From assembly GCA_011620765.1 (NCBI GenBank), contig WOYO01000082.1:8259-72258 (forward strand): a DNA stretch of 64,000 nt, given 5' to 3'. Source of the DNA: Thermoplasmata archaeon. Lineage in GTDB: Archaea; Thermoplasmatota; UBA186; UBA287. A program made the position numbers and the translations under genes. Within the stretch, counting starts at the first letter, position 1, and the number at the start of each line of letters is the position of its first letter. Below the pieces are notes generated by a model. The model saw only the letters and a list, made by a program, of their open reading frames with translations. It had not been told where the DNA came from and made no database searches. Of this stretch, positions 26,201 through 35,788 are shown one piece after another.

Positions 26201-27181
26201 TCAATCTATCCTTACAACAGCAGATCCATTTATCCTGCTCTCCTTTAAGAGCATGAGCGCTCTGTTCAACTCATCCAGCGAAAATAGCTCTATCTCTGTT
26301 TTTATTCCCTCTGCTAGCTCAAAGAACTCTTCTGCATCATTTCTTGTTACGTTAGCAACGCTAGTTATCTTCCTCTCCCCATATATGAGATCATATTCTA
26401 TTGGGGGTATGGGGCTCATGTGCACAGCATTTATCGCCACAGTTGCTCCCTTCTCAAGGAATCGTAAAGCCTCTTTCACAACTTTGCCTGAAGGCGCAAA
26501 GACTATTGCGCCATCCATCTTTTCTTTTATGTTATCCTCTGTGCCACCAGCCCATGTAGCGCCCAGCTTTCTTGCAAGCTCTCTGTGCTCTTCACTTCTA
26601 GTGAACACATATGTTTCCATATTTTTTGCGAGCTGAATAACTATGTGCGCAGAGCTACCAAATCCAAAAATGCCAAGGCGCTTTTTCGCTCCACTCAGTT
26701 TCAGCGATCTGTAGCCGATTATGCCAGCGCATAAAAGCGGGGTAGCATGCTCGTCTGAAAAGCTCTCCGGTATAGGCACCAGAAAATCTTCATCAGCGAG
26801 CATGTATTCTTCATAGCCTCCATCAACAGTATAGCCTGTGAACTCAGCATTATCGCAAAGATTCTCAAGGCCGTTCTTGCAGAAAGTGCAGGTTTTGCAC
26901 GTGCCTGCAAGCCAGAAACCTCCAACCCTTTCACCGCATGAAAACCTCTTAGCATTCTCCCCTAGAGCATCTATGTGCCCTACAACCTGGTGCCCCAGAA
27001 CCAGGGGCATTTTCTTTGCAGGCAGATCCCCCTCAGCTATATGCAAATCTGTTCTGCATACACCGCATGTCTTTACCCTTATCCTGACCTTTTTACCATG
27101 AGGTTCGGGCTTTTCCAGATCCTCGAGCATCAGTGGCTCTTCCTCTATCTTTTTTTGCTCTTCAAGCACCATTGCTTTCAT
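26201..27181 (-). CDS. zinc-dependent alcohol dehydrogenase (MDR superfamily)
   Basis: Catalytic zinc CGVCRTDLH...GHQVVG, structural zinc C..C..C..C (CKTCTFCKNGLENLC), and Rossmann GFGSSAH. Confidence 0.85.
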   Translation of the reverse strand: MKAMVLEEQKKIEEEPLMLEDLEKPEPHGKKVRIRVKTCGVCRTDLHIAEGDLPAKKMPLVLGHQVVGHIDALGENAKRFSCGERVGGFWLAGTCKTCTFCKNGLENLCDNAEFTGYTVDGGYEEYMLADEDFLVPIPESFSDEHATPLLCAGIIGYRSLKLSGAKKRLGIFGFGSSAHIVIQLAKNMETYVFTRSEEHRELARKLGATWAGGTEDNIKEKMDGAIVFAPSGKVVKEALRFLEKGATVAINAVHMSPIPPIEYDLIYGERKITSVANVTRNDAEEFFELAEGIKTEIELFSLDELNRALMLLKESRINGSAVVRID

Positions 27182-27536
27182 TTCTATCCGATATTAACAT
27201 TTATACCAGAATATAAAGGTTTCAGGCGTTTCTTCGATAATTCATAGAGCACAGCAGAACAAATTACCAGACCAACAGATTGGAGCTAAAGAGGTTTTTC
27301 ACGGTAAGCTCAATGCACTTTCCATCAGAATTATGAATTAGGATGGACTCAAGATAACAAAAGAGTTCCTGTCCAGAAGAGCCTTTTTTATCCTTTTTTA
27401 ATTCTATTGTGGGTTCTTTTATCATTTTTTCTTCCGAACTTTCTTCAGTCAGGTTTAACAGGATCTCAAATATTTTTTTGACATCCTAGTCCTGGTTTAG
27501 AAAAGTGAATAAAGGTGCAATAGCCTTTATTATTGT

Positions 27537-28502
27537 ATGGATTATGCAAAGGCCGGGGTAGATATAGAAGCGAGGGATAGTGCATTGAAGGGGCTTATGG
27601 ATGAGCTGAAAAAGACCCTTGGTAACAGAAAGGTTATGCTGGACATAGGGCAGTATGCAAATCTCATAGATTTTGGAAGCAAAGCGCTTGCTTTATGCAC
27701 AGATGGTGTAGGCACAAAGGTTCTTGTTGCCAGACAGCTCAGAAACTACAGTACAATAGGTATAGACTGCGTGGCGATGAACGTGAATGATGTAATATGC
27801 GTTGGTGCAGAGCCCATAGCCATGGTTGACTACATAACTATGGATAAGCCCGATCTTAGAATATTGAGAGAGATCGGTGCAGGTTTAAGAGCCGGCGCTG
27901 ATGAAGCAGGTATAGCGATAATTGGTGGAGAAACAGCCATAATGCCCGAGGTCGTCAACGGTATAGATCTTGCCGGCACCTGTCTGGGCATAGTAGAAAA
28001 AGATAAAATAGTGGATGGCTCAGCTATAGAAGAGGGTGATGTGCTCATAGGTCTGGAGAGCAATGGGATACATTCCAATGGCCTTACTCTGGCAAGGAAG
28101 GTTCTCGGGATAAGCGGAGAGGCGAAGGAGCTGCTTAAACCCACAAGAATATATGTAAAGCCTGTTCTTGGGTTGATGAATAACATTCATGTGAAAGGCC
28201 TGGCGCACATAACCGGCGGTGGCATACGCAACCTTAAGAGGCTCAAAAGGGGCATAGGCTTCGATATAGACATGGATCGCTGGCCCGAAATACCAAGGAT
28301 TTTCATAAAGATTATGGATGCAGGGGTTTCAAAGGCAGAGATGTTTAAGACATTCAACATGGGAATAGGCTTCTGCGCCGTTGTAGCACAGGAAGACGCA
28401 GAAGCTACGCTGAGGATATTGAAGGATCTCAAGCCAGCAATACTGGGCAAAGCAGTAAAGAGCGCTGAAAACACAATAAAGCTTGGCGATCTTCTGCTTT
28501 AA
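27537..28502 (+). CDS. purM: phosphoribosylformylglycinamidine cyclo-ligase (AIR synthetase)
   Basis: [12 protein letters not shown]-terminus, [11 protein letters not shown], and GLAHITGGG motifs. Confidence 0.9.
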   Translation: MDYAKAGVDIEARDSALKGLMDELKKTLGNRKVMLDIGQYANLIDFGSKALALCTDGVGTKVLVARQLRNYSTIGIDCVAMNVNDVICVGAEPIAMVDYITMDKPDLRILREIGAGLRAGADEAGIAIIGGETAIMPEVVNGIDLAGTCLGIVEKDKIVDGSAIEEGDVLIGLESNGIHSNGLTLARKVLGISGEAKELLKPTRIYVKPVLGLMNNIHVKGLAHITGGGIRNLKRLKRGIGFDIDMDRWPEIPRIFIKIMDAGVSKAEMFKTFNMGIGFCAVVAQEDAEATLRILKDLKPAILGKAVKSAENTIKLGDLLL

Positions 28503-28651
28503 TCTCCTTTATCTATGTACTTTTCGGGATCGCTATCAAATTCAGCCTTGCATCCCGGAGCACAGAAATAGTACTTTTTTCCTCTGTATTCGCTCGTATA
28601 TCTTGCCTCTTCCTCATCTATCTCCATTCCGCACACAGGATCTATTGCCAT
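28499..28651 (-). CDS. YHS/TRASH-domain metal-binding small protein (50 aa); not in the supplied ORF track
   Basis: Hand translation of minus strand: [50 protein letters not shown] then stop. Matches YHS consensus CxMxV...YxGxxYYFCSxxCxxxF. Convergent with purM. Confidence 0.55.
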   Translation of the reverse strand: MAIDPVCGMEIDEEEARYTSEYRGKKYYFCAPGCKAEFDSDPEKYIDKGD

Positions 28652-28746
28652 ACAATTTATTATAAACTAGCGAACATATATATTTTGTCTCTTCATATTT
28701 ACTCATAGAAGAAATTTTTATATAAAAGAAAGTAGATAAAGTCTGG

Positions 28747-29760
28747 ATGAAACTCCGAGACTACATAGCTAGAAGATTGCTTTTGCTGATACCCACAATA
28801 ATCGGTGTAACGCTGGTCACCTTTTTGCTGACAAACCTTATGCCAGGCAATCCTGTCAGGCTTTTGCTAGGTGAGAGAGCAGCCAGCCCCGAAACGATAG
28901 CTGCATTAGAAGCGCAATACGGGCTTGATAGGCCTTTGTACATAAGGTATTTTGTCTACTTAAGAAATCTTTTTATGGGAGATCTCGGTATGGCGATACA
29001 CACCCCTTTCCCGGTAAGCACAGAGATCATGGCGAGGCTGCCAGCTACGATAGAGCTTGGCGTTACCGCATTAGTGCTAGCAACCATTGTTGGAATTGCT
29101 GTCGGTATAATCTCTGCCGTAAGGAGCAACAGACTTTCCGATCACGTGAGTAGAGTTTTTGCTCTCACAGGTGTTTCAATGCCCGTTTTCTGGCTTGGCC
29201 TGATGCTTCTCCTTTTATTTTATTACAGGCTCGGGTGGCTTCCGGGTATGGGAAGACTTTCAGTAAGCATAGGGTTGGAGCATATAACAGGATTGCACAC
29301 GATAGATGCGATACTCACAGGCAATCTGACAGCATTTGTTGATGCAGTAAAGCATCTCATATTGCCCGCCTTCTGTCTTTCATGGCTCGAAATGGCAATG
29401 ATAATGAGGATCACCCGCTCAAGCATGTTAGAGGTCATAAGGCAGGACTACATAAGGACAGCAAGAAGCAAAGGGCTTAGAGAAAGGGTTGTGATATACA
29501 GGCATGCACTGCGCAATGCTATGATACCAACCATAACGATTGTGGGTCTTTCTGTTGGTGCTTTGCTTGGTGGGGCTGTTTTAACTGAAACAGTTTTTGC
29601 ATGGCCAGGCATAGGCAGTTTTATGGTTGAGTCCATATCCTTTAAAGATATCCCTGTAGTCCTTGGCATAACTGTTGTTCTTGCCTTTGCCAATATCTTT
29701 TCAAATCTTATTGTGGATATTCTTTATGGGGTACTGGATCCAAGAGTGAGGTATGGTTAA
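28747..29760 (+). CDS. peptide/nickel ABC transporter permease (DppB/OppB-like)
   Basis: N-terminal TM anchor and EAA-loop region (IRTARSKGLRERVVIYRHALRNA). Confidence 0.85.
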   Translation: MKLRDYIARRLLLLIPTIIGVTLVTFLLTNLMPGNPVRLLLGERAASPETIAALEAQYGLDRPLYIRYFVYLRNLFMGDLGMAIHTPFPVSTEIMARLPATIELGVTALVLATIVGIAVGIISAVRSNRLSDHVSRVFALTGVSMPVFWLGLMLLLLFYYRLGWLPGMGRLSVSIGLEHITGLHTIDAILTGNLTAFVDAVKHLILPAFCLSWLEMAMIMRITRSSMLEVIRQDYIRTARSKGLRERVVIYRHALRNAMIPTITIVGLSVGALLGGAVLTETVFAWPGIGSFMVESISFKDIPVVLGITVVLAFANIFSNLIVDILYGVLDPRVRYG

Positions 29761-30655
29761 AATGTTTGAAGAGATGAGAAAGGAACCATTCTTTAAAGAG
29801 ATGCGCTATTCAATGCACCTTCTGGGGCAGTCATATCTCTCCATAGCGGGGCTTGCGATAATACTCCTCTTTGTTTTTATGGCAGTGTTCACTTCCTTTA
29901 TTGCTCCATATGAGCCAAACGTTATTGACCTTGCAAACACCCTTCAACCGCCATCCTTAGAGCACCTGATGGGCACAGATGAATATGGTAGGGATGTATT
30001 CTCGAGAGTTATTTATGGCACAAGATATGCTTTTTTGGAGGGTTTACTTGCAGTCTCCATATCCCTTACTGTAGGCACAACCTTAGGGTTACTATCAGGT
30101 TATAGAGGAGGCATGACGGATGAAGTAACTATGAGATTGATGGATATACTCCTGGCTTTCCCGTACCTTGTGCTGGCTATATGCATTGTCAGTGCTCTCA
30201 TGAAGCCAGAAGGGGGCTTTTTCTTAGACCCGCTGATGAGTGGCATTCTAGCGATATCTATTGTGTCTATACCTTCTTACGCAAGACTTGTCAGGGGTAC
30301 TGTTCTCTCAGTTAAGGAAACGGAGTTCGTTGAAGCTGCCAGGGCGAATGGGGCCTCTTCCTTAAGAATAGCTTTTGTTCACATATTGCCAAACTCTCTG
30401 GCGCCAATAATAGTTGAAGCCACAATGAGCCTGGGTACTGTTGTGATAAGCGCTGCTGGCCTGAGCTTCATAGGCCTTGGAGCGCAACCACCTACTCCGG
30501 AATGGGGAGCTTTAATAGCATCAGGAAGATTTCTGTTACCAACGTACTGGTGGTGCGCTACATTCCCGGGTATAATGATTCTGTTGTTTGTTATGGGTTT
30601 CAACCTTTTCGGAGATGGCCTTAGGGATATTCTTGATCCGAGGTTGAGGAGGTAG
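29753..30655 (+). CDS. peptide/nickel ABC transporter permease (DppC/OppC-like)
   Basis: Typical DppC topology and motif FVEAARANGASSLRIAFVHILPN. 8-nt overlap with the upstream permease. Confidence 0.85.
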   Translation: MVKMFEEMRKEPFFKEMRYSMHLLGQSYLSIAGLAIILLFVFMAVFTSFIAPYEPNVIDLANTLQPPSLEHLMGTDEYGRDVFSRVIYGTRYAFLEGLLAVSISLTVGTTLGLLSGYRGGMTDEVTMRLMDILLAFPYLVLAICIVSALMKPEGGFFLDPLMSGILAISIVSIPSYARLVRGTVLSVKETEFVEAARANGASSLRIAFVHILPNSLAPIIVEATMSLGTVVISAAGLSFIGLGAQPPTPEWGALIASGRFLLPTYWWCATFPGIMILLFVMGFNLFGDGLRDILDPRLRR

Positions 30656-30663
30656 ATGATAAG

Positions 30664-31647
30664 ATGGATCTATTAGAGGTTAAGGATCTCAAAACATACT
30701 TTTACACTTATGAAGGCACTGTGAAAGCCCTGGAGGGTGTAAGCTTTTCTGTTGGAAACCGTAAAACCATGGGGCTTGTTGGGGAAACTGGATGCGGAAA
30801 GAGCGTCACAGCCCTCTCAATAACAAGGCTTATACCTGATCCCCCGGGCAAGATAATTGCTGGTAGCGTTCTCTTTAAGAAAAAGGACCTCTTGAAAGTG
30901 AGCGATGAGGAGATAAGAGCAATAAGAGGAAAGGACATATCTATGATATTTCAGGAGCCAAAGTCTGCTCTCAACCCTGTCTATACCATCGGAGATCAGA
31001 TAGCAGAAAACGTTCTTCTGCATGATGAAGACTTAAAGAACCTGAGCAAAAAAGAAAAGAAGAGAGAAGCCTGGGCAAAATCTATAGAGGCTCTCAGGGT
31101 GGTAGGGATAGCAGAGCCTGAGAGGATTGCCCGCTCTTACCCACATGAGCTCAGCGGTGGCATGTGCCAGAGAAGCATGATAGCTTTAGCGATGGTGTGT
31201 AATCCTTCATTGCTTATAGCTGATGAGCCAACAACAGCCTTAGATGTGACGATACAGGCACAGATACTTGAGCTCATGAAAGATCTGATAAAGAAGTTTG
31301 ACTCTTCTGTTCTTCTGATAACCCATAACCTTGGCGTAGTTGCTGAGACATGTGATGATGTTGCAGTGATGTACGCTGGAAAGATAATAGAGAAGGGCAA
31401 TGTAAGAGAAGTTTTTAAAGAACCATTGCATCCATATACAAAAGGATTGATGGAAGCAATACCGAGTGTTGAAAAAAGAAAGGAAGCGTTAAAGAGCATA
31501 CCCGGCTCTGTTCCAAATCTTATCAATCCTCCATCAGGCTGCAGATTTCATCCCAGATGCCCTTATGTCAAAGAGATATGTAAGGAGAAGGAGCCCGAGC
31601 TCTTTGATGGTAGGGTTGCCTGCTGGCTCTATGGAGGGGCAAGATGA
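30664..31647 (+). CDS. peptide ABC transporter ATP-binding protein (DppD/OppD-like)
   Basis: Walker A GETGCGKS, signature LSGGMCQR, Walker [14 protein letters not shown]-terminal oligopeptide-transporter extension. Confidence 0.85.
   Translation: MDLLEVKDLKTYFYTYEGTVKALEGVSFSVGNRKTMGLVGETGCGKSVTALSITRLIPDPPGKIIAGSVLFKKKDLLKVSDEEIRAIRGKDISMIFQEPKSALNPVYTIGDQIAENVLLHDEDLKNLSKKEKKREAWAKSIEALRVVGIAEPERIARSYPHELSGGMCQRSMIALAMVCNPSLLIADEPTTALDVTIQAQILELMKDLIKKFDSSVLLITHNLGVVAETCDDVAVMYAGKIIEKGNVREVFKEPLHPYTKGLMEAIPSVEKRKEALKSIPGSVPNLINPPSGCRFHPRCPYVKEICKEKEPELFDGRVACWLYGGAR
31525..31602 (+). repeat. 78-bp perfect direct repeat, copy 1 (3' coding end of the first ATPase gene)
   Basis: aatcctccatcaggctgcagatttcatcccagatgcccttatgtcaaagagatatgtaaggagaaggagcccgagctc is identical to 32505-32582. 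Encodes [26 protein letters not shown] in both paralogs. Confidence 0.9.
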
Positions 31648-32621
31648 TAGAGATGGAGAGAGCAACGACGGATACGATTATACTAGCAAAAGATCTGAAA
31701 AAATATTTTCCGGTGAGAGGAGGAGTTTTTTCCAGGGTTGTAGACTATGTTCATGCCGTCGATGGCGTATCTATTGATATAAAAAAGGGCGAGACCTTCG
31801 GGCTTGTTGGGGAGAGCGGTTGCGGTAAGACCACTTTCGGAAGAACGCTGATGAGGCTTATAGAGCCCGATGGAGGAAGGATAGTTTTTAATGGTGAGGA
31901 CATAACAAAAATAAAGGGAAAAGATCTCGCAGAGATACGCAGGGAGATGCAGATAGTGTTTCAGGATCCCTTTAGTTCTCTTAACCCGAGGATGACAATA
32001 AAGAAGATAGTTGGAGAACCTCTTCTGTTGAACGGCATAAAAGGTAAAGATCTGCGTGAGAGAGTCATCGATCTGCTTGCTCTGGTAGGGCTCAATGAAG
32101 AGCATATGAACAGGTATCCGCACGAGTTCTCAGGTGGGCAGAGGCAGAGGCTATGCATAGCCAGAGCCATAGCAACCAATCCAAAGTTCATAGTTCTTGA
32201 CGAACCGACCAGCGCTCTTGACGTCTCGGTTCAGGCACAGATCTTAAATCTACTTATAGATCTGCAAAATAGACTTGGAATGGGCTATCTGATGATAAGC
32301 CATGATCTTAGTGTTGTAAGGCACATAAGTCAGAGGGTTGCTGTGATGTATCTTGGTAAGATAGTGGAGAAAGGTAAGACAGAGGAGATATTCGAGAACC
32401 CACTACATCCATACACCAAAGCTTTGCTCTCAGCCGTGCCTGTGCCCGATCCAGATAGGAAAAGGAACAGAATACTGCTTACCGGAGATGTACCGAGTCC
32501 TGTTAATCCTCCATCAGGCTGCAGATTTCATCCCAGATGCCCTTATGTCAAAGAGATATGTAAGGAGAAGGAGCCCGAGCTCAAAGGTGATGAGCGCTCT
32601 GTTGCCTGCTGGCTCTACTGA
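31644..32621 (+). CDS. peptide ABC transporter ATP-binding protein (DppF/OppF-like)
   Basis: Walker A GESGCGKT, signature FSGGQRQR, Walker [13 protein letters not shown]. 4-nt overlap with the preceding ATPase gene. Confidence 0.85.
   Translation: MIEMERATTDTIILAKDLKKYFPVRGGVFSRVVDYVHAVDGVSIDIKKGETFGLVGESGCGKTTFGRTLMRLIEPDGGRIVFNGEDITKIKGKDLAEIRREMQIVFQDPFSSLNPRMTIKKIVGEPLLLNGIKGKDLRERVIDLLALVGLNEEHMNRYPHEFSGGQRQRLCIARAIATNPKFIVLDEPTSALDVSVQAQILNLLIDLQNRLGMGYLMISHDLSVVRHISQRVAVMYLGKIVEKGKTEEIFENPLHPYTKALLSAVPVPDPDRKRNRILLTGDVPSPVNPPSGCRFHPRCPYVKEICKEKEPELKGDERSVACWLY
32505..32582 (+). repeat. 78-bp perfect direct repeat, copy 2 (3' coding end of the second ATPase gene)
   Basis: Identical to 31525-31602. 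Confidence 0.9.
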
Positions 32622-32823
32622 TCTCTGCTCTGTATCAGTCGGTTTAGAGCCATACAAAAAGGACCATATATACTATGAGTAGGGCAAGAATGAGTAAGAT
32701 AAATGGCAGGGCTACGGTCTCTAAAGCCGCTATAAATAGGGCTATATAGTCCTTCCAGTCAGGCTTCATATACTTAATCTCTTTTTTAGTATATCTTTTT
32801 AAGCAGGAAAACCTTTTTTCTTT

Positions 32824-33321
32824 ATGGTTTCAATAAGGTTTGTTGGTTTTGGGGGGCAGGGAGTTGTTCTGGCGAGCACTATATTGGCGGAAGCAGCAAG
32901 CATGGAAGGCAAACATGCTGCACAGAGCCAGAGTTACAGCGCACAGGTGAGAGGGGACATAACAAGGGGGGATACCATAATATCCTCTGAGCCCATAATC
33001 TATCCTGTGGTTGAAAAGCCAGACATCATTGTAGCTATGGATGAAAAAGGCTTAAAAAAATACTGGAGTGATGATGCTGTTGTTGTGTATGACTCTTCTC
33101 TGATAACACTAACAGGCAAGAAAGAGGATGAAAAAGGGATAGCCGCAAATGCGATGGCAATGAAGGAGCTATCTTCTGCGCTCTACGCAAACATGGTCCT
33201 TCTCGGCTATCTGGTTAAAGAAACAGGTATAGTCAGCGCTGAAAGTGTTAAAAAGGTTCTTCAGAAGCATCCCAGAGCAGAAGAGAACATGAAGGCTTTT
33301 GAGCTGGGCTTTTATCAATAG
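32824..33321 (+). CDS. 2-oxoacid:ferredoxin oxidoreductase gamma subunit (PorG-like), with no alpha/beta/delta subunit genes nearby
   Basis: IRFVGFGGQGVVLASTILAEAA N-terminal motif of POR/VOR/KOR gamma subunits. 165 aa. Confidence 0.7.
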   Translation: MVSIRFVGFGGQGVVLASTILAEAASMEGKHAAQSQSYSAQVRGDITRGDTIISSEPIIYPVVEKPDIIVAMDEKGLKKYWSDDAVVVYDSSLITLTGKKEDEKGIAANAMAMKELSSALYANMVLLGYLVKETGIVSAESVKKVLQKHPRAEENMKAFELGFYQ

Positions 33322-34709
33322 GTTTTTGCGCCATATGCTATGGTGTCGCAATCTCTATGGCAGGAGATGCATCTTCCCTTTTCCTTCTCGCTGCCTGTGC
33401 CCAGCAAGGATACGCCCAAAGATTCTTCTATAGCGTGCCCGCACTCTTCACTTCCGCACCAGTTGAACCTTGCTATCTTTCTGCTGACCTTTCTTTTATT
33501 CATATCCTCTATGTTTACTATTTTTTCCCTGAGGAGCTTCTCTGCCTTTTTGTAGAGCCTATCGCTGAGCGCATTCAACTCTTTCTCCACTGTTTCTTTC
33601 ACATCCTCTTTAGCTATCTTTATCTTCTCTTTCGTATCCCTCGGCACAATCACAACACAGCCCTCATCAACCTCCCTGGGCCCTATCTCTATTCTCAGAG
33701 GCACGCCCTTCTTTTCCCAATCATAATACTTGTTCCCCGGGGTTATAGCTCTCTTATCTATCACAAAGTCTTTGAGATCCTCATGTACCTCATCCGCGAA
33801 TTCCATAACCCTCTTTTCCTTACCCTTGAATATCACCGGTATGATGACGCCTTTTATAGGCGCTATTGCCGGTGGCAGAATGAGGCCTGTGCTATCAGAG
33901 TGCAGTAACACCACAGCGCCTATGAGTCTCTCACTCATCCCATAGGTTGTCTGATGCACGTAGTGCTCCTTGCCTTCATCATCTTTGTATTTTATGTTGT
34001 AAGCCTTTGAAAAATTGTCCCTATAGTTGTGGATAGTCCCTATCTGCAGGGTTTTTCCTTCGGGCATGAAAGCATCAGCGCCCATGCTATAGTAAGCGCC
34101 GGCGAACTTGTCCCACTCAGGTCTTCGGTTTAGGAGGTAAGGGATGCAGAGCTTTTTTCCTATGTTTGACATTATCTCAACATCCTCTGCTATCTGTTTT
34201 TCAGATTCCTCAAATGTCTCATGCGCCGTGTGGGATTCAAAGAAATGGATCTCCCTTATCCTTATCAGAGGCCTCGTCTGCTTTGTCTCATAGCGATAGG
34301 TATTAACGATCTGAAATATCTTTAGAGGAAGATCTCTGTGGGTCCTTATCCATAGAGCAAAGGATGGGTACATTGCCGTCTCACTGGTAGGCCTGAGCAA
34401 GAGCTTTCTCTTCAGCCTTTTATCGCCCCCATGAGTTACCCAGTAGACCTGGGTGCTGAAGCCCTTTATGTGCTCCTCCTCCTTCTTAAAATAGTTCTCA
34501 GGTATTAGCAAAGGGAAATAGACCTCTCCATGAGATGTTCTTTTCATTTCTTCTCTTATAATAGAGTCAACCCTGTTTCTGATCTCCATGCCATACGGAA
34601 GCCATATGTACATCCCCTTTACCCCATACCTCATATCACATATGCCCGCTTCCAGCATCACATCCCTTTTCGTTTTGCTGCTCTTTTCTTTTTCCGTGCT
34701 CGTTTTCAT
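33315..34709 (-). CDS. proS: prolyl-tRNA synthetase (archaeal/eukaryotic type)
   Basis: Class II motifs (FLLRPTSETAMYP...; RIREIHFFESHTAH), anticodon-binding domain, and C-terminal Zn-binding extension ending in Tyr (CISCHRDCDTIAYGAKTY). Confidence 0.85.
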   Translation of the reverse strand: MKTSTEKEKSSKTKRDVMLEAGICDMRYGVKGMYIWLPYGMEIRNRVDSIIREEMKRTSHGEVYFPLLIPENYFKKEEEHIKGFSTQVYWVTHGGDKRLKRKLLLRPTSETAMYPSFALWIRTHRDLPLKIFQIVNTYRYETKQTRPLIRIREIHFFESHTAHETFEESEKQIAEDVEIMSNIGKKLCIPYLLNRRPEWDKFAGAYYSMGADAFMPEGKTLQIGTIHNYRDNFSKAYNIKYKDDEGKEHYVHQTTYGMSERLIGAVVLLHSDSTGLILPPAIAPIKGVIIPVIFKGKEKRVMEFADEVHEDLKDFVIDKRAITPGNKYYDWEKKGVPLRIEIGPREVDEGCVVIVPRDTKEKIKIAKEDVKETVEKELNALSDRLYKKAEKLLREKIVNIEDMNKRKVSRKIARFNWCGSEECGHAIEESLGVSLLGTGSEKEKGRCISCHRDCDTIAYGAKTY

Positions 34710-34711
34710 TT

Positions 34712-35770
34712 TTACACCCCCAGAGTTATTCTCAGCGCATCCCTTGTGCCTGGCGCTAACCCCAAGATTATAACCAGAAGCAGAATGATCTTTTTTATCA
34801 TCTCATCTTCATCCTTTATAGCGTATATGATCAAAAAGACAACCGCAATTTTTATCGGTATCATCACCCACGGTCCTGCAAAGTCCATGAAGAGGGAGGG
34901 TAGAACATGCTTTTCGTAATATCCAAAATAGGATAAACCAATGTATGTTGCTGTGGCATCAAGGCTCTGGGAAAAGATCGCCATCAGGCTATAGGGGCTT
35001 TTAAAATAACCTGGAGCCGGCAGAACAAAGGATAGGGCAGTGATCAATGCGGGCAGAGAGAGAGATGCAAGGAGCACCCTGATATCACTGTGAGCAGAAA
35101 GATAGAAGATATAGCACAGGGCAAGAGACAGGAGGAAAAGAGAGAAAATAAGACCCTGCATATGCCAGTCTCTGAATCTAAAGGAGAGAAAAATAAATAG
35201 AGCGCTTACAGCTATGAGATAGAGCGGGCTCATCTCTATTGCCAGATGCGGCTTTAACAGAACAATTGCTGCATCACATACTAAGATACCTGTAATCAGG
35301 GGATAGGGCAATCTGCTATTTTCTGCTCTCTTTGAGGCAAAAATGATGCATAAGAAGAGAATAAGGGTCTGTATGTATATCAGCGGGCTTATGAACAAAG
35401 CCTGGAGAGGAAGAGATAAAAAAAGGCCGAGATCCTCAAGAACCCTCGCAACAGAGCCGTAAATTATCAGAGGGAATAGAGCTAATATGAACCTTTCAAC
35501 ATCCTTTTCGCTGGACCTTTCCTTTAACTTCCCGTAGGATATATAGAGCGCAACTATTGTGAGAACAGCATATGTCAGGGTGTTAACCACATTGTAGCCA
35601 GATATTGCAGTGATCTCATTATACTCTATGCTGTATACACCATTTGCATCTGCTACTATAGGCCCCCAGAAATATTTCCATATGAATTGGTCATAGATTA
35701 TATGTGGAAAAGCTATCGCTATAGCAATGAAAAAGAATACAAATCCAAGGGCAACTAGCTTGGGGCGCAC
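34712..35770 (-). CDS. polytopic membrane protein (352 aa, about 9 TM), function unknown
   Basis: Strongly hydrophobic throughout. Sits between the GH65 fusion gene and proS on the same strand with 2-18 nt spacers. Confidence 0.5.
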   Translation of the reverse strand: MRPKLVALGFVFFFIAIAIAFPHIIYDQFIWKYFWGPIVADANGVYSIEYNEITAISGYNVVNTLTYAVLTIVALYISYGKLKERSSEKDVERFILALFPLIIYGSVARVLEDLGLFLSLPLQALFISPLIYIQTLILFLCIIFASKRAENSRLPYPLITGILVCDAAIVLLKPHLAIEMSPLYLIAVSALFIFLSFRFRDWHMQGLIFSLFLLSLALCYIFYLSAHSDIRVLLASLSLPALITALSFVLPAPGYFKSPYSLMAIFSQSLDATATYIGLSYFGYYEKHVLPSLFMDFAGPWVMIPIKIAVVFLIIYAIKDEDEMIKKIILLLVIILGLAPGTRDALRITLGV

Positions 35771-35788
35771 AAAGCAAATGGCGAAAGG

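Noticed and set aside
31565-32682. ORFs 31565..31777 and 32488..32682, both starting [13 protein letters not shown]
   Set aside because: Out-of-frame shadow ORFs created by the 78-bp repeat inside the two ABC ATPase genes. They overlap real coding sequence.
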